Program-made: the position numbers and the translations under genes
From: Nitrospirales bacterium
GTDB lineage: Bacteria > Nitrospirota > Nitrospiria > Nitrospirales > UBA8639
Direction: 5' to 3'
Length of the DNA: 64,000 nt
Assembly: GCA_965203295.1 (NCBI GenBank)
Contig: CBDBCZ010000018.1
Span: 928,001 to 992,000 of the forward strand
Notes under the pieces: model-generated
Told to the model about the DNA's origin: nothing
The model's database searches: none
Seen by the model: the letters and a program-made list of their open reading frames with translations, nothing else
Shown: in pieces, positions 1-11,953 of the stretch
Layout: every line of letters begins with the position of its first letter
Numbering within the stretch: the stretch's first letter is position 1

Positions 1-575
1 TAGTCAGAGGGGAATCTCGTAGATATTATAACTTGTGTGTGATATGACATTGGGTAGAGATTTGACATTGTAACATATAGATGGTTATGCTGGAATGTGT
101 GAAGTGATCGACTTCAAAGACCTAAACCAAAGTATGTTTTTAATCTAATGTCCATATGTAATATGTACAACACGTTCCATTATCGATAATCAATCAAAAT
201 ATAATTTATACAAACAAATTATGCAGCAGCTCTTAGTGGGCCACCTTCAAGAATGATGTTTATAATAGCATCTCATTATTCCAGTTGTTATTTTCGCAGT
301 ACAGGCTGGCTCCTATTGTTTTAGTAGAAAATTTAGTTTTGGTTTTAGTTAGTCAACGATAAAAAAAGGGCTACTGAAAAACTTTAAATATTAGTGAACC
401 ATAACTAAATGGGTTGATTTTAGTGGAAAAGTATTTGTAGTTTATTCCAAGGAGCCAGTATTTTTGAAGTTTAGTTTTAGTTATTTAACTAAATCTGTTT
501 TTCCTCCTACTAAAATGGTTTTTTGTTTTTAGTTTCAGTTAACTAAAACAACACTATTTTAACCCCTAACAAAAA

Positions 576-3500
576 TTACTGTAGGAAACTGGGAGGGAGC
601 TCACCTTCATCATCAAAGATATCAACTTGTACACGTGGTTCGATAATAAGCACATTAAATCCCATGGGATTGGTAAGTGAGCCAAAAAAACTCTCAGTCG
701 TTTCCAGCACATCATCTTCAATGAGGGGCACTGTCACAAACATCTCAGTGTCCGATGTCATGAATGTTAATGTCTGGGATATACTCATGAAATCTGTTCC
801 AACTATATGTGATGAAAAGACACACACCATTATAATTATATGACAATATATGTAGTAACAAATCCAAGCAATTCACTTTGTGTTGTGTCAACGGTCATGA
901 CAAAGGTGGAGTAACCCTGTCATACATCGGCACAACTTTTCCGGAAGGTTGAGATATCAACAACACTTATAAAACTTTAGTGAAACAATGTCCAGTTTGA
1001 CCCAACACAACTCAGACATGCTATGAATAAGTGCAGACAAACAACACTGCTCAGGACACAACAATTAATTTTACGAACCTCAACCCATTAAAATGCCATA
1101 AACCAGGCAAGCTCTGAAGATGGGTCTGTGCCCAGTCACCAGGCTGCTGTTTGGCATGCTATAGCATTCTTATGGTCAACCCAACATAAACCAATGAGCC
1201 CAGACTTATAAACAACACATGTACACTGAGCAACTACCCTTCACTGGTTACTCATGAGACATGCAATATTTTGGTAACATTATTTATGCACATTTGTGGT
1301 AATGATGACCTTACCAAAGGTGCATATCTTAGCTAAAGGCAGATACCAATAATTATGTGTTACTGTGTTCAGCATGACTAACTAGCCCATCACTCTGCAC
1401 TCACCCATTGCACTGCCAGACTCGGTACTGAAGTCCACACTGACTGGCTGTGGATTGTCCCCGGCCTTCGTAATCCTAAGTCTGGCAGTGCCATCTGCCT
1501 CAAGGACGCCGAACAATACTGGTTCAAATCCGATCTGAATTTCTATTGCTGTAGAGGAAGGGTGGCACATGTAATGTGATGATGGGTACTGAGTTGCCAG
1601 GGTTACCAGCATGAGTCAGCTGCTGACAATTATCTATGTAAAGCCATCATGTGATATGGCCTTATGCCCTATATATTTGACACACAAAATCTGAGATTGG
1701 TCTGGGAATATATGTAGCTTCAAACTTCAAACCTTCATTCCGTTCCATATACATGTGTACTGCAGGCAAGTGTGATTGACACAAGGCAGATTGCAACTGA
1801 GACAATTTATTGTGTGTAACCAATCCTGGCATTTGCTATATTCTTGCAATAATCATGCAGTGTACTCACGCCTGCAGGAAGGTGGATCTGGTATAAATGT
1901 CGCAGTGTTATCATCCACTTGTGCGCATGTGGTGGTTGTAACTCCGATCAGCTCAAAGCCCAGGTCACAGGTGTAGGTAGCAGTGTCACCAACAGAGTTG
2001 CCAGTGAATGTCCTCATACCATTGACAATGGCAGCTGGATCAGGGCACAATACTAGTGCTGCAGAGCAAGATTGAAGGAAATAATGTCATTAGTTTGTAC
2101 ACTGCCCAGTTTATTGGACAAAGTGATTTACATGACTCCACACTGAGATTAGAGCTACTTACACTACAGACACTTGCCATTATTGTCCAGTATCTCCACA
2201 AATATCACGTTTGGATCAAGTTGAACATTGGTAGGGAAGTCGAAGACAAAAGGATCTGGAACAACTTCTACACTGAAGAACTCCACTCCCTCCAGTAAAT
2301 TATCATTAACAATTACAACCTCAATGCATGTTCGACGGGTGTCATCATCGATGATATCAAAGAAGAGATCATTGACAGCTTGAAGTGCAACATAGTCACC
2401 GGGATCTTCATGTAAGGATGAACGAGGAAAAATATAATTCAATTCTGATTATAGGCAAACTCTTGAGATAACTCACCAACAGCAGTGCCACGAATGGAGT
2501 TGGCAGCAAGACTCACTTGAAATCCTTCTGGAAATTCTACCTCATCATTAATGTTTAAGACACGTACACAAAGTTCGAGCATCGATTGCCCTTCATTTAC
2601 ACTGGTGACATTTTGTTCCCATCCAATTATCACATCTATTGGGCAAAAAAAAAATGTAGACTTGATCTTACACAAATATTACGTATAGGCATCGTAAGGC
2701 CATAAAACAAAGTTATCATACCAACAACTGTAGTATTTCAAGGAAGATTGAAGTTACATTTGTGAAGTGCAGTTCAAACTTTTCTGAGCCGCAAACAATC
2801 ACACGATATTATATCAACTTACCATCATCATCTATAATGACAATAGTTGCTGCGGTAAAGAGACTACCACCACTAGCTCCAAGACTGACACTACTAGATG
2901 CGAGTCCCAGGGACAGTAGGATTTGAAATGTTTCCGTAGGTTCAGGAACACTATCATCCAATAGTTCAAACGCATATCCTATCTCTTGTTCCTCAGGATC
3001 AAAATCCTGCCTTTGTACTCGTGGATTGGCAGCAAAATCTTGACCTGGAGGATCTACTCGTGCAGCCCCAAAACCACTTCCAAGTATAAGTGTGGCAATC
3101 ACTGCAAATGTAAGTTCTGATTTCTGGTCGTTTTCTTTAATGATTGGAATTCGAGTCAGGTCACCAGTGGCATCAGCTTCAAGCACTGTATATCTCTCTT
3201 GCTCAAACCCAATATTGAGGGCTGTACAAGAAAAAATATATACAATAAAGATAATCTCCAAAAAACGGTTGTAGAATATTTGAGAATTCATTATTGTTGG
3301 TACACAGCAGTGTATTGTATGCACCTCTTGTTCCTTCTAGAGAGAGTGTTCATTAATGTAAGGCCCATATAGAGATATGATCAAGGAAGCTTTAGAGTAA
3401 CCCAGAGGTCCTGTTTTTGACGATTTTAGCAATGAATTTGAAGCTGTACTGTTTCTTCACTAGCCACAAGATCTATAGTGTATAACAAGTTACCACTCAT

Positions 3501-6500
3501 GAGAGCCCTGAAGTCCAGTTCGTTTTCTGATTAGCTTCGTGCAAAGTAATGCATATTGTTGGCTGTTACAGGAAACTCAGTGCATACTCAGAAGCCACTG
3601 GTCCAGGAGTACTCTCCAACCTTCCTACACCTCCACTCTCTCGTTTTTGCAAGTTTTGCAAAACAGCCTAGACTCAGATAGTGAATTCAGAGATGCTTAA
3701 ATGCCTCATAGCAATTTTTTGCTCAGGTGCAAATTTATTTTAAATGCAGTATATATATTTTCTTTAAAAATAAAACTGCTTCAACCTTGGTCTACTCCGT
3801 TGCTGCAGATCTAGCTACTTTCATCGTGCAGGTGTTAAAATAACTGTATTATACAATCTAAACTTTCAATGTTTTATTTGCTAACGCTTAGAAAGTGCAG
3901 TTACAAATGTTTATTATACTTTCTGTTTACATTCCCTTGTAATTTTGGTCCCTTACGATCATTATCAAAGATTCTTGCCAGACTGACAAAACGTTCACTC
4001 GTTAGATCAACTCTGGCTGGATCCACTGCATCAACCAACTCCAAGAGTAGTGCAAAATTCTGCTCCGCTTCGTTAATGGTATCATTCACTATTCTGATAC
4101 CGGGATCAAGTATTCTAGTATGTGCATTCCCAGCTGGAAATGTGATTGACACTGGTGTGGTAGAGAAGTCATCGTCACCTGTAAATCAATGGTATGAGAC
4201 GATCACTACTTTGTAGGTGATAAAAGTCTACTTCTGAGCTTACGTGTGGCAATGTTGGGTGCCCTAGGGTTGAAAGCCTCAAGAGGTGGGAGGGCAGATG
4301 TCAAATTACGTTCCATCACTTCACCAATACTTAATGGAACTATTTGCACTGTCAGATCAGTAGCTATTTCAGTAAGCAGTTGCACCACAGGTAAAATGAA
4401 CAGCAAATTTTCGGGACTGGAATACTCAGGTACAGTGAACCGAAGTACGGCATCTAAATAACAATTGAGTGCATAATATAATGCACAATACAGTACTATG
4501 AATATTTACTTAGTTATTCAAAATTGTGTGGTACTACAGGCTGAGTACTGTTATGAGGATCGTCAGAAGCAAGCCAATTTATAGGCAAGGAATCCGATAT
4601 AAACCAATTTTAACCCTCAAAACCTAATACATTGCCTACAACATCATCACCAATTTTCTATAGCATGCTAGCTTATTTTGTATGAAAGTGCTACCAGCCT
4701 AACATCGCAAAGTGTAAATACGTAATTCTCTGAGCTCATTGGTCAGTCTGAGCTATGCATTATACAATAGTCTAGCATGTACACATCCACAATGGCATCC
4801 AGTTGCATGTGATGACGGCACAGTAATTTACTAACTTACCCTCTACATCTTCGATGATAACACGTAGTGATGGAAGCACAAAATGGCCAGGCGTTGTTAG
4901 GGCTAATATAGCTCTTCCGGCATTATTGCGTGCCACCAAGGTCAGTGTAAAAAACTCGGGTGGTTCAAGCGCTACACCATCAATTCGAATAAAGGTAAAA
5001 AGCTCGGCTGGGTTTCTGGCATCTGGCCCTGTAATCTCAAATGATTGTGGTGCAATTATAAAATCAGCATTGGAACCTTCCGCTGCAAAATGAATCAATA
5101 AAATGAATGAACCTATAAATAGTTCCTTTGTCAGCTTGATCTGCCCCATAGAAAACTGCTGTTGGTTTACTGTCTTCTTGTGACACTTTAGTCACTTGAC
5201 AACAATAGCAATACCAATGTGATGTAATTGGGGGGGGGGGGGGGGGGAGGGTGAGGAAGGCGGCACTAAATGGGAAAATTACATGAAAATGTACGCTATT
5301 GTGTTTTCATGTAAACTTTAAACACAAAACCACAAAACCATCATGTTTCCATGTAAACTTTCCATTCATTGCTTTTTCCCCATGATTACATCATACAATC
5401 TATTTTGGTGATGCTATAATTAAGCTGAGATAGTGGTAGCTACACTTTCAAGAAACTTTAGCGAGGATTTCAACAGATACTGTTACTTGAGCTGTTACTA
5501 CTGCAGCTTTAAATTGCCTACTGCAGCATTGAGGCCACCTATTGTGACTTGAGGTCATCTACTGCAGCTTGAGGTAATGTACTGTGACTTGAGGTCACCT
5601 ACTGCAGCTTGAGGCCGCCTACTGCAGCTAGAGGTTGCCTATGCTGCTGCATATCCTTCTCGGCAGACATGTTAAATGTTTTTCAATAAGGGAACGGGAA
5701 AGTTTTCCCAAATCAAGATTTGTACTCAAGAGTTATACAGTCTTTGTGAATAGTTCCTATACCCGTACATGAAGTAACGAGTACGAATCCATAAAATTGC
5801 ACTTCTTGATGGGCTCCTAACATACTGCCACTGCTTTATATACCTTTCATGTTGGCTGAATACACTTCAACTTACTTGCAGCTCCTGTAATGGTTAGGCC
5901 GAAACGTGCAGTGTTTCTTCTGTCTATGTCTGTCAGTGTTTGCACAATCCCTCCTTTGATAAATCCAACCAACGTGAGTATAGCATCGCCTTGCTCTGGG
6001 CGAGTAATCTCCGAATCTCCAACAAATCCAAACACTACAACAAAGAAAGACAGCTTTGATTGTAATTTCTGTGTATCTGGACTACCACAAGAGACAGTTC
6101 TTTTCTAGAGTAAAGTCTAGCCAGACAGTGTAGTACAACTAATGACACAGACCAAAATTGGCTTTAAAATGGTGATTTTTGAAAATAAGCACAAGTTCAA
6201 GCTCAAAACCCACACAATAGACAAATATGTGCAATCTGCGCATGCGAAGGACGGGGTTGTGTAGCCTTGTTTCACTATAACTTAAAATGGCGTGAAACGG
6301 TAAACGTCCACTCAAAAGTGCTCGTGAACTGCGCGTGTGTTAATTTGAAAATGTTATGCCATAAACGCACTACCTGAGGGTCATGCAATCATGCCCGTTC
6401 TTGTTGGTGATCACTGCAGCTATTATTGTGCCAGCCTGGCTACTGCAGCAATGGTTTGAGATGGTATGTAGCCACACTAACAATCTTGTTTGCTCATGTT

Positions 6501-9500
6501 CAAAGCTGAGTGGTATGGCTTATGACTACATCTAGAGCAGAGGTCTGTCTGTATGATGTTGTACACGTCACATATGGGGCGGCCATTATCTTTTATCAAG
6601 AAAATATTGCCCAAAAATGCATAACAGCAAGTAGAGCTGACAGTACATATATAGCTATAGGTATTTCTATTTGTGACATAAAAAGAAAACACAAAAAGTA
6701 ACAAAAGGATAAACTTGCTACGTTTTACAGTATGAACTTTCTATACGAAATCCTCTTAAATTGAATGCAGCATTAGTTCATTCAGTAGGCATTAGAATTC
6801 CACCACTCCTATAGCCCTTTATGTACAATCCTTATCAAAGTCTGTAAATAAATGTGTCTCACCATAATAATACAGAGAGAGAGTAAAATAGATTAGGACC
6901 TAGCCTATCGTAAGACATTTACTGTGATCAAAGGTGCTGGGACTTGAAGATCCAAGGGAGATGTTAATGGACAATACAACAAATTGCCTCATTCCCAAGC
7001 CTTAATTTCCCGCACAAGTCAATGGAGTAGACTTTTCATGCATGTAGATGAGGCTAAATGAATCCATTATCCTCCATGATTGAACAATATTTTGCAAAGT
7101 CAGTGTATAAATTGGATAAATATTATGGATGCGCTAATGAACGATCATTTGAACCTATCTTTCCATACCAATGCAGGCTGTACAAGATTCATCTGTTGTG
7201 GTGTCCTCAAAGAAAAACCCAGGGATCTCAATACAGCATTCTTCAATGGTTGCAGTTATGAAATTAGGAGTATTAGTGAAGCAATTCAATTCCCCAGCAA
7301 CAGAGGGTACAGTGTAGCATCTGACCTGTGCATTTCCTGTAGGGAGGAGAAAGTAGACTCCACGGAATTATTATGTTGTCCACAGATGAGCAGCTAGCTG
7401 AAAATGGCTTTATTAAATTAACTTCATGAATTGGTAGAAAGTCTTACTATTATATTATACTAGACGATGATCATCCTCCGATGATTATCGTTCATCGTTT
7501 TACAATCCCACACCTGGCATATTTATACCATTTCAATTTGACGAAACTGTATGGCATTCAGAGCCTTTGAAGTAATCATTCCTTCAACATTGAAACCATT
7601 ATATTAATGAAAGCACAGCTATAGCTTAAAATATAGTACACATGTACTTTCGGTTATCGGTATACAATGTAGCATGGTAGTCAGTGCTGTATTATAACCA
7701 TACAGCACTCACAACCATGCTATGTGCGTTATAAATTATCCATTGGGTGCATTTCTATAACTTTAGGGGGGTGTTATAATCAAAATATAGCACTTCTAGC
7801 AGGTACTGCATAATTAATAAAATCACTGGTTACCTTAGCATGTAGTAGTGTAGGATACGTTGTACATTAGAAAAAATTCCAGTGTGGGGTCAGGTGCCTT
7901 GTGGAGTTTGATACAATAATTGGATGTTGGTGTGGATTGTAGTGTGTGTGTGGTTGTCAAGATGTTGGGATGGTAATCCGTGGAAGTTCTGTGGTGTCAT
8001 TTCTACCTTGTTCAGTTGTTCTTTCACGATTCCATCCCTACATGCTGTTTTACTTTCAATGATTATTCTAAAACTTGTTCCTGTTTATTTTTGGGAAGGG
8101 GAGGACCATTGTTTATATTAACTCATTGCACGCCGTACACCGCTTAACTGGATATTGCGTAATCCTTCCGCCACACACCACTATGGTGGCTTTAGAAACG
8201 GCAAGTTAACTGTACTGCCAGGAGGGGCAACCCCTTCCTTTATTAGCCATGAAATTGAATAGAGGGATTACTAATAATGATGTAAGTGTGCCGAAAGTCG
8301 ATCTAATCTGTAATAGAACGGATACATACGGTAAACTAGAAGTCTCTAGCAGAGACATACCCCGCGGTGCATAATTCACAACTTGGAGCTGGCTGGACTG
8401 CAGACTGGGCTGATCGAGTAGTTGGCAAAGTGTACATGTATATCACTGGCTGTGTATCCGCACGCAGAGTGTACAGCGCTCGTGTACGCGTATATCCTAT
8501 GGGAAGTGGTGGGCGTGACTGATTGCCAATATGAACACGTGACCAGAGTCCGTATATGCCCGGCCTCTATCGTATTCTAGTTGTGACCGTATTAAAATGG
8601 CAGAATGCACCGTTGTTAAATAAGAAAGAGCTGTAGATACAGCGAATGGAACCGCTTTGGCGACTATCAGGTACACATCCGGACATTTTTTTTTGATTTC
8701 AATGTTACTGTCGTGTTTAGCAATCGCTTAACCCTATAAATCGCGAGATAGCCCGATTTTTGAGTGGACAGACACCTGACAGACGGACGGACGGACGGAC
8801 GGACGGACAGACAGAACCAATTGCTTAACCCCGCCGCCGCCTACGCGCCGCGGGGTAAATATACAACCGATCAAGACGGCTAGCTATGGCTACCTACATT
8901 GCTACGCAGTTAGTTGGGCTCTGTAGTCAACTTCACTGGTGGATACGATGGTAACTGGTTCAGGGGAGAGTCGGGGGCTTCAGTAGGACCATCGCTCTTT
9001 GCCGCCTGAGCGTGAAGACAACAGTTTCGTATCGAACTTACCGCGTATCCGGTTATCGCTCCTGAAGCCCTTCTTGGATCCAATCCGCCGCCCTTTTTGC
9101 CTTCAATGGCTGTATCCGATAGTCTTCTAACAAGTACAACGCAGAATTCGCTGGATACTTGACTCGGTAAGCGTAAAAATAGCCAAACATTGAGCTAAAA
9201 CTTTTAGTACGCCATTGTTGTAGAAATTATAGCGTGGAGCATCACGCGCGTGACGTAATTACGGCGTGCAATGAGTTAATGTGGTTGTGTGAGGCAATAT
9301 GTGGTAACGATTAAGGTGGAGTAGTACGTACAGTGGGTGTCTGGGTTTCATAGGGGGCAATTGTATCGATTGTATGTCAATCAATAGAGAGAGTGTAATA
9401 CTTTTTGCTTTGGGTGGACATTTGCTTAGGTTACTGGACTGGGACCACAGTGTAGTTGCTTATTGTTCTAAACATACCATTTTAATTTATACACTACTAC

Positions 9501-11196
9501 ACTTCCTGGAGACAAATGTATTATCAATGCACGGTACTAACATGTAGCCACACCCTTACTACACAATATAACATCATCAACGACCACACCCATAGACCCC
9601 ACACTGATGTGTGAGTGGAGACGTGGGACCTCTAAGTGAAAACTACAAACCGCAGAATTGTTGTCAGTATTGTCTTACTGTGATAACCATAAGCATATGG
9701 TTGTACTTCTTGTGTAGCTTTGTATGTAAACATTCGTCTATAGGTATGAGAGCTACATCAAGAAAACATGTTTTTGAGCTTCTCCCACAGGTACTTAAAC
9801 GTCCCAGATAATCACCGTAGCAAGGCGAATAGGTTTATACAAAGTAACACACACAGGAATTACCTATCGAATCCACATACTGCTTCGAATCTGTGTTGAT
9901 TATCAGTAGCCTCGTTCCCAGGCTCTCTGCCCAGCTTTTTTCGCACGTAGATTTTAGGCTCTCTGCCCAGCTTTTTTTCGCACGTAGATTTTACTACGTG
10001 CGAAAAAAAGCTGGGCAGAGAGCCTGGGAACGAGGCTAGATTATCAGCTGGTCTATGCAGCCCAAGTCCTTAACTCTCTGAGATGGGGTGGCTTTATCAC
10101 ATGCATGTACGCATGACCGAGAGCAGCTTAGTTTAAAAAAATAACTCACCGCCACTTCTACAGAATGTCAGTAGCTAGCTAGTCTCGTGGGCCAGACTAC
10201 TCAGGCTTCATCACCGGAACCCAAAGCACGTGACAATCATCTGCATCACCGGAACCCAAAGCACGTGACAATCATCTGCTAGTGCCGCAAACGAACATGT
10301 TTCATTAATTTTCATGGCAACAGGCAGTGTGCGCAGTCCGTTGTGTCAGCTTGTGTTCAGGCCTTAAGCCTGGTATGATATTGAACTGTAAATTATCACC
10401 AAGAACAGATGTATATCACAGTTAACCTCGTACCCAGACTTCCCTCCCAGACTTCCCTCCCAGACTTCCCTCCCAGACTTTATTGTCTGGGCAGGTGGAG
10501 GTTATATTACAGTTTTTAGGCTTCTGAGCGTTTAAAGACTGAAAGACCTCTGCTGCTAGGAGCCAGGGTAAGCCGCAAATGGTACTAAACGTATATAGAG
10601 GGCAAAAATGACGTGTCTAAACAAACCACAGGTACCCATTAAGTTCAGCAGTCTTTGTTGATGTACGATCTAATGGATACTGTACGACTATTAGCTATAG
10701 TGGTACATCAAAACAGAATACATGCTAGTGATACGTAAACCAGAAATTTCACACCTAAATTCAAGAAAGTTGGAGTTACAGTGAAGCATTGGACCTGTTG
10801 TGTACCTACTGAAAGGGAGAGAAGACTGATAATGGTGACATTGTTTAGCTACAATCCCCATAAAATCTTTTCTCCTTATGCATGGGTTTTGGGGACAGTT
10901 CTTCGTAAATACCACTCCGTGCAAAGAACTAGCTACTGAAAGGTTGACCATGAATGAATAGGGCTGACATTACTCCACCCACTGGCAGACAAACTGTGCT
11001 AATTAAGATGCACCTGAGTGAGCCTCACATTAGCGATGTCCAATTAAGTCTGCCTCCTTCACACAGTGAGTGTAGTCAGTAAAATTAGCTCAAATCACAC
11101 AATGATTATCGTTAACAGTACACAACAGTCACCTTTTGTCACTAAGGTAGTGAGAAGGCAGGTTGCAAGCAAAGCCACTGCACCATGTAGCGACAT
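576..11196 (-). CDS. Gene E: signal peptide + 6-Cys module + 4 Calx-beta + sushi + 1 Calx-beta; 3' end uncertain (read-through stop at 576-578, or further exons left of the window)
   Basis: Exons: 11133-11196 (MSLHGAVALLATCLLTTLVTK), 7169-7336, 5876-6034, 4840-5082, 4244-4453, 3957-4178, 2823-3221, 2477-2635, 2178-2405 (GC donor), 1870-2058 (sushi), 1405-1548, 605-802 (GTGAG donor present). All phase 1 and open. Confidence 0.8.
5498..5642. repeat. Intronic minisatellite, ~7 x 20 bp
   Basis: Unit approximately CTACTGCAGCTTGAGGTCAC, degenerate, no spacers. Confidence 0.85.
8122..9275. mobile_element. Non-autonomous piggyBac-like DNA transposon (~1.15 kb)
   Basis: 16-bp TIR CTCATTGCACGCCGTA, TTAA on both sides (8118-8121, 9276-9279), and absent from the paralogous site at ~24315. 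Confidence 0.75.
8333..8858 (-). mobile_element. HINE/DINE-1-like (Helentron-associated) element nested in the piggyBac-like element
   Basis: Subterminal inverted repeats TACCCCGCG/CGCGGGGTA, a (GTCC)n microsatellite near the 5' end, and a 3' stem-loop GTCTCTGCTAGAGAC followed by CTAGTTT. Confidence 0.65.
9907..10038. mobile_element. Fold-back MITE with 9-bp TSD (MULE-like TSD length)
   Basis: TIR TAGCCTCGTTCCCAGGCTCTCTGCCCAGCTTTT, TSD GATTATCAG (9898-9906, 10039-10047), and a single-copy empty site at 24911. Confidence 0.85.
10433..10480. repeat. 13-bp tandem repeat CCCAGACTTCCCT (~4 copies; ~3 copies at 25908-25955)
   Basis: Read directly; copy number differs between paralogs. Confidence 0.85.
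10741..10808 (-). pseudogene. Truncated, frameshifted copy of the 6-Cys exon in gene E intron 1 (also at ~26206-26273 in gene D)
   Basis: Intact acceptor, then VGTQQVQCFTVTPT, matching the start of exons 57507-57665 and 43794-43967. The FRCEIS segment is in another frame and homology stops after it. Confidence 0.7.
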
Positions 11197-11871
11197 CCTA
11201 CCATCCAGTAATTTTGCCTTATCAATAGCTAGTGTTCAATTACAAAAGTTAACGCACACAGAAAAGGCAAACTAAAGAATGTGTATATTGAGACACACTG
11301 TTTTGTACACGCAATGAATTCCTTATTTGTGCACATGCATGTTGATATTCGTGTATGTGTGGGCATTGTTCAGTTTATACAGAGCTCTGCCCAATTGAAT
11401 GCACTGAATAACTTCATCCATCACCTGATTTTATGGTCTGAGCAAGAAACATATGGTCACAGACATGTATGGGCAAAGCTAAAATTCGTACCTCATGATT
11501 TTTACTGAAATGAAATTGAAATATATATCGCACACAATGTGAGTAGCTATCCTCATTCCCAGGCTCCCCCAGGTACATTTGTATAAAAAATCCAACAAAA
11601 ATGGAAGTTGGGAGAGAGGGGAGTCTGGTAGATATTATAACTTTATGACATATATATGACTTTGGGTAGAGGCTTGACATTATAAGATAGATGGCTATAC
11701 TGGAACATGTGAAGTGATCAACTCCAAACACCTTCACCAAAGTATGTTCTCCTTGGCCTTTAACACAGAACTCATTTTTTTACGAATCAAAATAACACTA
11801 GGACAGCTGCAGTATACCAGCAGTTTGAAGTCAATGCCATTTTATCACATGAAAACATTACAGTTTGTGAG

Positions 11872-11953
11872 TCACTCATCGAGGACAGACATCAACGCAG
11901 TAGATGGCAAGAGGGTCAGTTCTCAGAGACTGGGCCTCCAGCTGCAGGGCATT
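11872..11953 (-). pseudogene. Deleted relic of the second terminal exon downstream of gene D
   Basis: Homologous to 27326-27444 but with two internal deletions; reads (Q)CPAAGGPVSEN*. Confidence 0.7.

Noticed and set aside
877..1020. AG...GT bounded segment between the two last Calx exons of gene E
   Set aside because: It has stops in all three frames on the minus strand.
5498..5642. 20-bp repeats as a CRISPR array
   Set aside because: The units are adjacent and degenerate with no unique spacers, there are no cas genes, and the context is a eukaryotic intron.
3092..6108. Plus-strand ORFs overlapping the exons (e.g. 3092-3274, 4246-4461, 4854-5093, 5890-6108, and equivalents in other paralogs)
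   Set aside because: These are Ser-rich antisense shadows of the minus-strand Calx exons with no independent coding signal.
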